Assembly: GCA_030618505.1 (NCBI GenBank)
Contig: JAUXDF010000003.1
Location: forward strand, 1 to 38,321
Reading direction: 5' to 3'
Length of the DNA stretch: 38,321 nt
Origin: Spongiibacteraceae bacterium
Lineage (GTDB): Bacteria; Pseudomonadota; Gammaproteobacteria; Pseudomonadales; PIVM01
In this document: piece by piece, positions 1 to 9,429 of the stretch
Numbering within the stretch: position 1 is the first letter of the stretch
Layout: each line of letters opens with the position of its first letter
Notes under the pieces: generated by a model
Database searches by the model: none
Seen by the model: the letters and a program-made list of their open reading frames with translations, nothing else
What the model was told of the DNA's origin: nothing
Made by a program: the position numbers and the translations under genes

Positions 1-6
1 CGCGCA

Positions 7-39
7 GATCCGTACGTGCGCTACTAACGCATACGGCTC
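7..39 (-). ncRNA. Group II intron catalytic domain V
   Basis: Minus strand GAGCCGUAUGCGUUAGUAGCGCACGUACGGAUC: AGC triad, two-helix hairpin with AC bulge, directly after the RT stop codon. Confidence 0.92.
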
Positions 40-49
40 CTACATCGAG

Positions 50-1393
50 TCAAACACGCAACCGCTGGTTCGGGTACGGGTGAATAACACGCGCTTTCGG
101 AATGAACTCATCAATCAAACGAGTGAATCGACGCCACGGAACTGACTGGCCCCGCTGACTTCGCCTCCTCATTGATTTGATCCATAATCGGATCACCGCT
201 GTTCTGAAGCTGTCTAACGTTTTCATGTTGCTCGGCACGGCATAATAATTAAAGTAACCTTGAACCACAACTTTCAACCACGCACCAACCTTTACCGGGC
301 GGTCGTGATAGCGCTGCTTTAGTACCGACTTAATAGCGTTGATTTTTCCTCGTTGCCGCTTTGCAATGGTTTTACGCAAAAGGGTAAATCCATCATCGCT
401 GCGACGACGTGAACAGCAATGCGTAAACCCCAAAAAATCAAATGTCTGGGGTTTTCCTTCGCCTCGCTCCTGTCGATTGCTCGCTGCAAATCGACCAAAC
501 TCTATCAAGTGGGTTTTGTCTGGGTTCACTGTTAATCTAAACTCTGCCAATCGCTCTGTCAGTGCTTGTTGTAAGCGCTCTCCATCACGTTTGTACTGGC
601 AACACATGACACTATCATCTGCATAGCGAACGACGTAAACTTCTCCGCGCGCATGGCGTTTCCGCCACTGATTTACCCATAGATCTAAAACGTAGTGCAG
701 GTAGATGTTGCCCAGTAAAGGGGATATCACTGCACCTTGTGGTGTTCCTACCACTGTCTTCGATCGACAACCCTCATCCATCACGCCTGCGGTTAATGTC
801 AATTTAATTAATCGCAAAATGCGTGGGTCTGCTATCCGGTGCTTCAGGAAGGCCATCATCCAATCATGGTTGATGTTATCGAAGAAACCTTGAATATCTG
901 CATCCAACACCCAACTAACTTTCTTGACGGTAATCGCCATGTACACCGCATCCAGCGCTCGATGTTGATTGCGCGCTGGACGGAAGCCATAACTAAACCC
1001 CAGAAAGTCTGTTTCGTAAATCGACTCGAGCACCCAGACCAAGGCTTGCTGAACAATTTTATCTTCCAAACAGGTAATCCCTATTGGTCGTTGTTCGCCA
1101 TTGGCTTTGGGTATCCAAAGTCGCTTTACAGATTGCGGCCTATACCGATTGCCATGCAGTCGCCGGCAAAGCTGTTTCAGTTTTGGCGCAAGATTCTCGC
1201 CGTACTGACTCCAGTTTTGACCATCCACTCCAACGGCGGCACGCTTATTTAAAGACCGATAGGCCTTCTCCAGCATCGCTTCGGTGATAGTGTGCATCAG
1301 ATTGTTGAATTGCAGCGAGTTGTTCCGTTTTGCTGCCGTGTGTAGCCGAGCTAATACAGGAAACGCTGTTGTTATGCTCTGAGTCATAGTCAC
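50..1393 (-). CDS. ltrA: Group II intron reverse transcriptase/maturase, no endonuclease domain
   Basis: Motifs GVDG, IPKANGEQRPIG, YGFRP, DADIQGFFDNI, GTPQGAVISPLL, RYADD, FDFLGF and domain X GYFNYY. The protein ends without an HNH domain. Confidence 0.96.
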   Translation of the reverse strand: MTMTQSITTAFPVLARLHTAAKRNNSLQFNNLMHTITEAMLEKAYRSLNKRAAVGVDGQNWSQYGENLAPKLKQLCRRLHGNRYRPQSVKRLWIPKANGEQRPIGITCLEDKIVQQALVWVLESIYETDFLGFSYGFRPARNQHRALDAVYMAITVKKVSWVLDADIQGFFDNINHDWMMAFLKHRIADPRILRLIKLTLTAGVMDEGCRSKTVVGTPQGAVISPLLGNIYLHYVLDLWVNQWRKRHARGEVYVVRYADDSVMCCQYKRDGERLQQALTERLAEFRLTVNPDKTHLIEFGRFAASNRQERGEGKPQTFDFLGFTHCCSRRRSDDGFTLLRKTIAKRQRGKINAIKSVLKQRYHDRPVKVGAWLKVVVQGYFNYYAVPSNMKTLDSFRTAVIRLWIKSMRRRSQRGQSVPWRRFTRLIDEFIPKARVIHPYPNQRLRV

Positions 1394-1938
1394 GTCCGAT
1401 TAACTCCACTTTCTCTCTGTCAAGACACTTCGCTCCACCCACTCCGCCGCCGTACTCACAACATGGTTTTCGTGGCCTTGTTCGCGGGCTTCTTCACTAC
1501 TATTATCTTGTCCGACTTCCTACCCTATAGTTTTCAGGATTCGCTAAACACTTCCCCGAAAATACCACCGCTGGAACGGCGGTGGTTACTGGTAGGATCT
1601 CCCGAGTTCCGCACAAAAGACATCCGTACATGCACCAGGTCTACGACTCCGGAGAGTCGACTATCGCACTCACGATGTCGCGCGATGGTCGTATTGCCTT
1701 CCCCTTCAGACAACAGGGTCAGCACTCTCAAGTGGTGATTTCGGAGCTCAATACTGAGCCTGCACATTCCTCTGTCAACGCTTAACCGTTAGCCTTACGA
1801 CTAACCGCTCATGACTCGAGGCCTCAGCGGGTCGTTACCCCTTACTGAGTAGAGGGCTTTCACCTCCAATCTTTTGCCGATTTATCTCGGCGCTCTGCCT
1901 GTCCCTGTTGGTTCTTGGTATTAATCAGAGGGAAATTT

Positions 1939-2256
1939 ATGTCTGCATTTAACAATGTAACGGTAATCAAAGCCGCCAGTATTTACTTTGATGGTAAAGC
2001 TACCAGTCGTAAAATTACTTTTGCCGATGGCAGTATAAAAACCTTAGGCATTATGATGGTGGGTGACTATGATTTTGCTACGGTTGAAAAAGAGTTAATG
2101 GAAATTTTAGCGGGCGATATTGATGTGTTGTTACCCAAGTCAACTAACTGGCAAACAGTTAATGCATGGCAATCTTTTTAAGTGAGCGCAAACGCTTCTT
2201 TTAAAATTCGCGCTAAAACACTGACTGACTATTGTTGTTCATATTTAGCAGAATAA
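1939..2256 (+). pseudogene. ppnP: Pyrimidine/purine nucleoside phosphorylase (PpnP/DUF1255 family) with an in-frame stop
   Basis: ATG 1939 after AGAGGGA. Motifs IYFDGK.TSR, KTLGIM, E.MEIL.G. TAA at 2179-2181 interrupts the frame, which resumes as VSANASFKIRAKTLTDYCCSYLAE* to 2256. Confidence 0.85.
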
Positions 2257-2293
2257 TTTTTATAGTCACTCAAAAAAATCTAAAATAGATAGG

Positions 2294-2337
2294 TATACCA
2301 AGCCACTTGAAGATGCAATATTCAGCAGGTGGCTTGG
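2294..2337. repeat. Short inverted repeat, possible ERIC/IRU-like MITE remnant
   Basis: Arms CCAAGCCACTTG (2298-2309) and CAGGTGGCTTGG (2326-2337) match 11/12. The TATACC...CTTGAAGATGCA start resembles ERIC-like repeat termini. Confidence 0.5.
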
Positions 2338-2392
2338 ATTCTATTAGAACAGAGATCAAAGTGTTATTTTCATCCCTTCAATCATGCTCCTT

Positions 2393-3946
2393 TTATTTAA
2401 GTTTGCGGAAGTCTTTCACTTTATTAATTACTGGAAACTTATAGGTGTCGTCAAAAAATGCTTTACCAGCACCATAACCACGCATATAAGGGAACCAACC
2501 ACGCTCAGGTAGCGTTCTAACAAAGTTAGCTTCCCAACCTTTAGGCGCTTTACCTGGACCTAAAAGCATATAATAAGAACCATCTGGGTTTGTACGAAGA
2601 CCAGGGGTTCTGCTACCTACCGTTGCTTTACCATCGCCATTTTTTTCACGATTATCAATAACCGTTCGAGTATCTGTATCATAAATTACAATCGACCAGA
2701 ATAGAGATGCAGGAACATCTTTCTCGATACGGATAATGTAGTTTTCCTCACCATGTAATCTAGCGCCAGTTTCATCTTCAAATTTACCAATGTACGCTTG
2801 AGCTCGCCCTCCTGTACGCGGAATAGTCATAGCAGGAGAGGTAGTAATTGCTTCATAGGTGTAACGAGCACGAGGATCAAAGATGTCATAGTATCTCATG
2901 CGTTGATTGCCTTTAATGCCATCACCCCATTTACCACCAAGAACCATGCGCCAGTTATTTTGACGTAAAACACCATCTAATCTTTCATTGAAGACAAAAG
3001 TCTTCGCCATTAGCTCGCCCTGTAATGCACCGTCGATTAATATTTTTTTCTGACGTTCGGTAGGGTTGAATGGTTTACCTTTTTCAATACCTAATGTTTT
3101 TAGCCAGTACATGAATAATCTATCACGCTCCATCACTAGCTCTTCATTGATCGCTATATGAAGCATTTCCCAATAAGCTAATCCACGAGGTTGATAGCTC
3201 ACCAGTAATTGATCGTTTGCATCTAAATGTTTAGTAACTGGTTTTTCTCCGTAGTAATTTATATACATTTTACTACTTAGTTCTTTAATTTTTTCAGGAG
3301 AACCAATAATACGACCTAATAATAATACGCGGTTTGTTTTAACATGGTGGACATGGAAGTCATCTGTAAGTGCTGAAGGTTCAGGTATCGTATCAACAGG
3401 CGTATTTGGACCTACAATAATATGTCTGCCACCATGACCCGCCTGAGCACTAAATAAGCCAACATCATCAGGGCTTGCTTGCCAGCTATCAACAACCATA
3501 CCGACAACTGTACCCGCGGGAATATCTAAGATAACGGCGGATTTACTGGTATCGGAAGTGGCGACGAAATAAGTGCTGGATTCATTTGCCGTTAAAACAC
3601 CTCTACGTTCATTGAAAGTGCTGATAGTAGCGAACCTGTTGTCGCCATAACCTTTAACTTTCTCTGTAAGCTCGTGTCTAATACGAGTAATGCCTACAAT
3701 CGGTAAGCCCCATAGATAAAGCTGAGTAGCACGTTGATGATCCATGAGATCATACATTTTATCAGCTGTTTCATGTGTTGGAAAACTATGATCAAGTTCA
3801 TATTCACCAAAAAATGTTTTTACTTTTCCGGTAATTGGCATCAAGCTTTCAAACTCTTTTTCAGTCTGAATTTCAGACAGTGCCATACTGGGAATTAATA
3901 AAACAGACATGGCAATGCTTAACAATAATTTCACTTTTATTTTCAT
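2393..3946 (-). CDS. Exported DUF1254/DUF1214 domain protein
   Basis: N-terminal signal peptide. Motifs D.QRATQLYLWGLP, LTANESS.Y, LGIEKGKPFNP, VPASLFWSIVIYD, NPDGS, P.GWEAN, GWFPYMR.YG. Confidence 0.88.
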   Translation of the reverse strand: MKIKVKLLLSIAMSVLLIPSMALSEIQTEKEFESLMPITGKVKTFFGEYELDHSFPTHETADKMYDLMDHQRATQLYLWGLPIVGITRIRHELTEKVKGYGDNRFATISTFNERRGVLTANESSTYFVATSDTSKSAVILDIPAGTVVGMVVDSWQASPDDVGLFSAQAGHGGRHIIVGPNTPVDTIPEPSALTDDFHVHHVKTNRVLLLGRIIGSPEKIKELSSKMYINYYGEKPVTKHLDANDQLLVSYQPRGLAYWEMLHIAINEELVMERDRLFMYWLKTLGIEKGKPFNPTERQKKILIDGALQGELMAKTFVFNERLDGVLRQNNWRMVLGGKWGDGIKGNQRMRYYDIFDPRARYTYEAITTSPAMTIPRTGGRAQAYIGKFEDETGARLHGEENYIIRIEKDVPASLFWSIVIYDTDTRTVIDNREKNGDGKATVGSRTPGLRTNPDGSYYMLLGPGKAPKGWEANFVRTLPERGWFPYMRGYGAGKAFFDDTYKFPVINKVKDFRKLK

Positions 3947-4073
3947 ATTTTTTTCCTTTTTTAGCTACCGCGTACTCAGATTTGAACCCATATTTCACTT
4001 ATTGTAATTCAGGAATTATGAAATGGTATGTACATTCCTCATAACTCCTAAATTTAAGACCTAATCAGTGATT

Positions 4074-5621
4074 TTAATTTATTTTTTCAAAATCATTTAA
4101 TTTCCATGATCCATCCCAAAAAGTCTCAGTAGGACCATACCAACGAAAATAGGCGTGCCATGTTTTTCCTGGTATTGTTTGAACCCAGTTATTCTCTTTA
4201 CCTTCTGGCGCTGTTGGCCCTAAATAAAGATCTACAGATCCGTCTTCATTATAATCTAAGTCTGAAATTCTATTATTAAACTCAACACCTCGTTGTTCGG
4301 TTTCAATAAATGAGCGTGTTTCTACGTCGTAAATAGCTAAAGACCAAAAATGCTTAGCTGGCACATCAGCATCAACATGTAATTTGTAGGTGTTTTCACC
4401 AAAAAACCAATTGCTGTCACGATCTTTTGCGATAGCCGCATAAGTTTGCCCAAACCCTGGTGGGTATTCACGTGGCGTCCATACTTGTTGTACTGACACT
4501 ATTTGATACCAAAGGATTGACCTTGGTGTGTAGGCGCCATAGTTTTCTTCTCTTTGTCCTTCAAAATCAGACATAATTTTAAGATTCAACCATTCAGTGT
4601 CATCATACACGTGCCTAAGTTTAGGGTTTTTCAAGTTATCAGGAATCTTGTACCGAATAGTAAACGCTTCGTTTACAAGCATTGCGTGTCCAATAGTTTC
4701 TGCTTCAATCAGTATTTTCTTTAAACGTTCATCTGGGTTAAAAGGCTTTCCTTTTTCAATACCTATTTCTCGCAGCATAGATAGTGCATAAAGATCACGC
4801 TCTTCAATCTCAAGATTTTGAATTACCTCATTAATCTGTTCCCAATATTTAAGTCCTTTTTGGCGATTAATTCTATATTCTTTTCCACCCGTGGCAGGAT
4901 CACCCATTAAAACAAATTTCTTTTTAAAGGTGGGATCGCTGAGAGGATATGTTTTAATTTGTTGCAGTAGTGTCGTCGCTTTTTCCGCCGTCATATCCTT
5001 AGACAAAGGGACTCGTGTTATGGAATATACTTGGTAAGTCTTTGCCTGTGCAATTTGGTAACCCGACGGAATATCACCTTCATAGTTAGGTGGAAGAATT
5101 AATATTTTATCTCCCTTGGCTCTATTAGGGCCAACCATACCAAAGTCATAAAATGCTCGATTCCATTCATCGTAAAACCCTGCATTAATAGGGCCGGCAG
5201 GCACCTCATAAACAACTGGACCACCCGTTTTACGTAAATCAATATTATCAAAAAGATAAACTACCGACTGGTTTGGTGTTAAAACCTCATGACCTGCATG
5301 CACTTTCTCATTGTAGAGCATCGCTCCTAGGTTCTGTACACCGATTTCATCCATAGCCTTTTCAAATAAATAAGTATTATAAGCGGCCTCAACCCAGAAA
5401 ACAGACTGCGTTGCTCTTTGAAAATCAAGTTCATCAAATAGCTTTTGCGAACTCGCGGCTGTAGGTAAATCATGATCGAAATCTAACTTCCCAATTTTTG
5501 AATCCAAGGTTTTTTTATATTCTACACCCGAAGTTGATTGTGCTTTCGTGGTTGTATTTGCACAACTTATAACAAATGAAATAGTTGATATAAGCAGCAA
5601 AGCCTTCGCTATTTTTTTCAT
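4074..5621 (-). CDS. DUF1254/DUF1214 domain protein, probable lipoprotein
   Basis: MKK-hydrophobic stretch-VISC lipobox-like sequence. Motifs DFQRATQ, LTPNQSVVY, IGIEKGKPFNPD, VPAKHFWSLAIYD, NEDGSVDLYLGP, NWVQTIPGK.W..YFR.YGP. Confidence 0.88.
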   Translation of the reverse strand: MKKIAKALLLISTISFVISCANTTTKAQSTSGVEYKKTLDSKIGKLDFDHDLPTAASSQKLFDELDFQRATQSVFWVEAAYNTYLFEKAMDEIGVQNLGAMLYNEKVHAGHEVLTPNQSVVYLFDNIDLRKTGGPVVYEVPAGPINAGFYDEWNRAFYDFGMVGPNRAKGDKILILPPNYEGDIPSGYQIAQAKTYQVYSITRVPLSKDMTAEKATTLLQQIKTYPLSDPTFKKKFVLMGDPATGGKEYRINRQKGLKYWEQINEVIQNLEIEERDLYALSMLREIGIEKGKPFNPDERLKKILIEAETIGHAMLVNEAFTIRYKIPDNLKNPKLRHVYDDTEWLNLKIMSDFEGQREENYGAYTPRSILWYQIVSVQQVWTPREYPPGFGQTYAAIAKDRDSNWFFGENTYKLHVDADVPAKHFWSLAIYDVETRSFIETEQRGVEFNNRISDLDYNEDGSVDLYLGPTAPEGKENNWVQTIPGKTWHAYFRWYGPTETFWDGSWKLNDFEKIN

Positions 5622-5641
5622 AACATTTCCTTTTCATAAGT

Positions 5642-5962
5642 TTATTTATAGAGAAGCCAAGATAGTTTCCCCCTTAAAATCAACAAACAGGGAAATTGCT
5701 CACGAATATCGACAACAATTGAAGCCCAATCATACAACAGGAATGCCGCCAATTCCAAATCAGATAATAGGTGGACGATTCGACCATGTGTTATTGCGGG
5801 CCGTCGATGAACACGACCCTTGCTAGGTACATCGCGAACTTCAAGAAAAGGCTTATATGATTTCCCGGTGCCTGCGCCCCTGCCATCTTTAAAGCGTTTG
5901 CGGATTTTGGGCTCTAAGAGCTCAATTACTGGTTTAGGGGAAGGTTCAAGAAAGGTGCTCAT
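5642..5962 (-). pseudogene. tnsA: Truncated TnsA endonuclease (N-terminal part only; similarity ends near 5689)
   Basis: GRG.GTG..YKPFL.VRDVPSKGR.HR...GR.VHLLSDLE...FL..DW...VVDIREQFP is the TnsA N-terminal signature. It is followed by 15 unrelated codons and a stop. Confidence 0.9.
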
Positions 5963-6010
5963 AGAAAGATTCCAAACTACGCCTGAATTTTAAGCATAGC
6001 TTAGAAAGCT

Positions 6011-6040
6011 GAAAGTATGACACTTTATTGTAAGCTTACA
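6011..6040 (-). mobile_element. Tn7-like transposon right end at attTn7
   Basis: Minus strand TGTAAGCT-TACAATAAAGTGTCATA: terminal TGT, 8-bp end, then an ACAATAAAGT TnsB-site core as in Tn7R. It lies 25 bp after the glmS stop and upstream of tnsA. Confidence 0.88.
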
Positions 6041-6065
6041 ATAGCGGTATCTCCCATTTTTAGAA

Positions 6066-7898
6066 TTACTCCACTGTCACCGATTTAGCTAAATTACGCG
6101 GCTGATCTACATCCGTACCTTTTAACACGGCCACATGATAGGAAAGCAACTGCAGAGGCAGGGTATATAAAATAGGTGCGACAATATCGGCTGCATGGGG
6201 AACATTAATTACGCTTACTCCCTCCTCATTTTTAAACCCTGCATCACTATCAGCAAATACATACAGCTTGCCACCACGTGCTCGCACTTCTTCCAGGTTC
6301 GATTTTAGCTTTTCAAGCAACTCATCATTAGGCGCTACAGCAACAATTGGCATATCTTCATCGACCAATGCCAGCGGGCCATGTTTAAGCTCACCCGCAG
6401 GGTAGGATTCGGCATGGATATAGGATATCTCCTTCAGCTTTAATGCCCCCTCCATCGCAACAGGGTAGAGCACGCCACGGCCCAGAAACAGTGCGTGACG
6501 CTTATCTGCAAAGGCTTGTGACATCTTTTGTATTGGGCCATCAAGCTCCAGCGCCCGTTCCAACAAAGAGGGAGTTTGATGCAAAGCCATAACAATTTTT
6601 TCTTCCTGCTCCGCACTCATACCATGGCGACGTCCCAGTGCCAAAGTCAGGATTAACAAGGCAACCAGTTGGGTAGTAAAGGCCTTGGTTGAAGCAACGC
6701 CAATTTCCGGACCAGCAAAGGTCATTAATGCCAGATCGGACTCTCTAACCAATGAGCTTTGTGCAACATTGCAAATAGTCATTGTTGAGGTATAACCCAA
6801 GCCCTTTGCCAAACGTAAGGCGGCGAGAGTATCGGCTGTTTCACCGGATTGAGAGATGGTAATTAACAGGGTATTTTTTTGTACCACAAATTTTCTATAA
6901 CGAAACTCACTGGCCACCTCGACACGACAAGGTATATTGGCTACTCCCTCAAACCAGTATTTGGCCACCATCCCAGAATGATAGCTGGTACCGCAGGCTA
7001 CAATCTGTACCGCTTCCACTTGATCAAGTATCGCTTTAGCATCTGCACCGAAGGATTCTTCAATGATTGTTTTTTTACCGATACGCCCTTGTAAAGTATC
7101 TTTAATAACCTCGGGCTGCTCGTAAATCTCCTTAAGCATATAGTGGCGGTATTGGCCTTTTTCAGCAGCTTCAGCACTTTCATGTATATGCTCTTGCTTT
7201 CGCTCTACGCTTTCACCCTTACTGTTCCAGATATGAAAACTATCCGGTGTAATTTCTGCCATATCACCTTCTTCAAGGTAAATAAATCGATCAGTAACCT
7301 GCCGTAATGCCAGTTGATCGGAGGCCAGAAAATTTTCTCCCAAACCTAATCCCAACACCAAGGGGCTGCCACTTCGGGCAGCAATAATTTTTTCAGGCTC
7401 AGCAGTGCTGATAACAGCCAAACCAAAAGCTCCCTCAAGCTCAGTAATTGTAGAGCGAAGGGCTGACATTAAATCAGCATTGGTTTTCAGTTTTTCTTTA
7501 AGCAAATGGACAATTACTTCAGTATCGGTTTCTGACTGAAATTCATAACCCTTTTGTTTCAGCGACTGTCTTAGCTCATCGTGGTTTTCAATAATACCAT
7601 TATGCACCAAAGCAATTTCCTCTCCCGATTGATGCGGGTGGGCATTGCTTTGTGAGGGTTTACCGTGGGTAGCCCAACGGGTATGGGAAATACCAACCGA
7701 TCCACTAAGTGGACTTTTATTTAGGCTGTCTTCCAATGCAGCGACTTTTCCAAGCTCTTTAACACAAGCGAGGTTATGTTGTGCATCAATGAGTGCGATG
7801 CCAGCTGAGTCATAACCTCGATATTCAAGACGTTTAAGACCTTCCACTAAAATAGCAGCTACTTCTCTTTTAGCTGCCGCGCCAACTATGCCACACAT
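6066..7898 (-). CDS. glmS: Glutamine-fructose-6-phosphate aminotransferase
   Basis: MCGIVG start, HTRWATHG, C-terminal [11 protein letters not shown]. Confidence 0.99.
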   Translation of the reverse strand: MCGIVGAAAKREVAAILVEGLKRLEYRGYDSAGIALIDAQHNLACVKELGKVAALEDSLNKSPLSGSVGISHTRWATHGKPSQSNAHPHQSGEEIALVHNGIIENHDELRQSLKQKGYEFQSETDTEVIVHLLKEKLKTNADLMSALRSTITELEGAFGLAVISTAEPEKIIAARSGSPLVLGLGLGENFLASDQLALRQVTDRFIYLEEGDMAEITPDSFHIWNSKGESVERKQEHIHESAEAAEKGQYRHYMLKEIYEQPEVIKDTLQGRIGKKTIIEESFGADAKAILDQVEAVQIVACGTSYHSGMVAKYWFEGVANIPCRVEVASEFRYRKFVVQKNTLLITISQSGETADTLAALRLAKGLGYTSTMTICNVAQSSLVRESDLALMTFAGPEIGVASTKAFTTQLVALLILTLALGRRHGMSAEQEEKIVMALHQTPSLLERALELDGPIQKMSQAFADKRHALFLGRGVLYPVAMEGALKLKEISYIHAESYPAGELKHGPLALVDEDMPIVAVAPNDELLEKLKSNLEEVRARGGKLYVFADSDAGFKNEEGVSVINVPHAADIVAPILYTLPLQLLSYHVAVLKGTDVDQPRNLAKSVTVE

Positions 7899-7921
7899 AC
7901 TTTATGTCCTTTATATATTGA

Positions 7922-9286
7922 TTACGATTTTTTTACTGGTCGCTGCCAGCTTGTAATGTTTTTTTGTTTACCACGTGCAACAGCAAGGTTGTTATCACTC
8001 ACTTCTCTGGTAATAGTTGAACCTGCACCAACGGTAGCTTCTTTGCCAATAGTAACGGGGGCAACCAATGAGGTGTTGGAACCAATAAATGCGCCATCAT
8101 TAATTTTAGTTTTGAATTTATTAACGCCATCATAATTGCAGGTTATCGTGCCAGCGCCAATATTTACACCACTACCGATTTCTGCATCTCCAATATAACT
8201 GAGATGGCTTACTTTGGAGCCTTCGCCAATAATGGTTTTTTTGGTTTCTACAAAATTACCAATTTTTGCTTTTTCTGCCAATTGACTACCTGGTCGCAAA
8301 CGAGCAAAGGGGCCAATAACACAATCAGCGGCAACGCTGGCCTGTTCCAAAATACTGTTAGCTTTTATTTCTACATTATCGCCAATACTGCTGTCGCTGA
8401 TAATACAGTTAGAGGCTATTGTTACATTGTCTCCAATACTAACCTTTCCTTCAAATATCACATTGGTATCAATAATTACGTCGGTACCGACAGTGATTTC
8501 GCCACGCAAATCAAAGCGTGAAGGATCTTTTAAAGTGACGCCCTGCTCCTGAAGTTCTCTCGCCTGGCATAACTGAAACCATCGCTCGAGGTCCGAAAGC
8601 TGAAGACGATTATTGACACCCTGCACTTCTTGCTCGGAATCAGGATGAACCGTCTTTATTTCAATACCCTGATTGGCCGCCATCTCAATAATATCGGTAA
8701 GGTAATACTCCCCCTGAGCATTATTATTCGATAATTTTGGCAACCATTCTCGTAAATGACTGGATTTTACTGCCAGTATGCCTGTATTGATTTCACGTAT
8801 ATTTAACTGAGCCGTATCCGCATCTTTATGCTCAACAATAGCCGTTACTGAGCCTGAAGCTGAACGAACAATTCGCCCATAACCAGCAGCGTCATCGAGT
8901 TCCACCGTTAGCAATGCAATTGATTGCTCTGTCACCAATGAAACCATACTTTTAAGGGTCGATAGGCGAGTAAGCGGAACATCACCATAGAGAATTAATG
9001 TAATACTGTCCTCTTTTAAAAAAGGCAGCGCCTGCTGTACAGCATGTCCTGTTCCCAGTTGCTGCTGCTGGGTAATCCATTGGATATCTTCGTTAACGAA
9101 GCGCTCTTTTACTAAGTCCGCACCATGGCCAATAATAACCTGTAAATGCGTGTGTTCCAGCTGCTGTGCAGTATCAATAACATGTTTTAGCAACGATTTT
9201 CCGGCAAGATCATGTAAGACTTTCGGCAACTTTGATCGCATTCTACTGCCTTGACCCGCTGCCAGAATAACAACATCTATGTTCAT
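7922..9286 (-). CDS. glmU: Bifunctional UDP-GlcNAc pyrophosphorylase/glucosamine-1-P acetyltransferase
   Basis: LAAGQGSRM.S.LPKVLH, GEYYLTD, hexapeptide repeats, NYDGVNKFKT. Confidence 0.99.
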   Translation of the reverse strand: MNIDVVILAAGQGSRMRSKLPKVLHDLAGKSLLKHVIDTAQQLEHTHLQVIIGHGADLVKERFVNEDIQWITQQQQLGTGHAVQQALPFLKEDSITLILYGDVPLTRLSTLKSMVSLVTEQSIALLTVELDDAAGYGRIVRSASGSVTAIVEHKDADTAQLNIREINTGILAVKSSHLREWLPKLSNNNAQGEYYLTDIIEMAANQGIEIKTVHPDSEQEVQGVNNRLQLSDLERWFQLCQARELQEQGVTLKDPSRFDLRGEITVGTDVIIDTNVIFEGKVSIGDNVTIASNCIISDSSIGDNVEIKANSILEQASVAADCVIGPFARLRPGSQLAEKAKIGNFVETKKTIIGEGSKVSHLSYIGDAEIGSGVNIGAGTITCNYDGVNKFKTKINDGAFIGSNTSLVAPVTIGKEATVGAGSTITREVSDNNLAVARGKQKNITSWQRPVKKS

Positions 9287-9375
9287 ATACTTTCCTTAAA
9301 GCCTAATGATTCTTTTATGCTATGCCTTCAACTATAAATTAAAAAGTTGCTGCATGAAACTGTAACGCTTAAACC

Positions 9376-9405
9376 AAAAAAGGGTAGCCTAAGCCACCCT
9401 TTTTT
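9376..9405 (-). terminator. Rho-independent terminator of the atp operon
   Basis: Minus strand AGGGTGGC-TTAG-GCTACCCT followed by a T run, just after atpC. An A/T run is present on both sides. Confidence 0.85.
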
Positions 9406-9429
9406 ATTATTTTCTCTTCAACTTGTGAC

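Larger units (their letters stand above)
1..1895 (-). mobile_element. Group II intron (probably bacterial class E type), 3' end (domain VI) cut off by the window edge
   Basis: RT/maturase ORF with YADD. The 5' end reads GAGCGCCG at 1895 (GUGYG-like). Candidate EBS1 UGUCUG (1707-1712) lies in a stem-loop and pairs with exon CAGGCA (1896-1901). Domain V follows the ORF stop. Class assignment is from recalled protein similarity only. Confidence 0.93.

Noticed and set aside
339-1785. Many short ORFs on both strands over the intron
   Set aside because: They are shadow frames of the RT gene or of structured intron RNA (domains I-IV) and have no recognisable motifs.
1915-2181. 88-aa ORF as an intact gene
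   Set aside because: The likely start is ATG 1939 with an RBS, and family similarity continues past the stop, so it is treated as a pseudogene.
5670-5690. TGT at the tnsA breakpoint as a second transposon end
   Set aside because: TGTTTGTTGATTTTAAGG has no TnsB-like repeat and no partner in the window.
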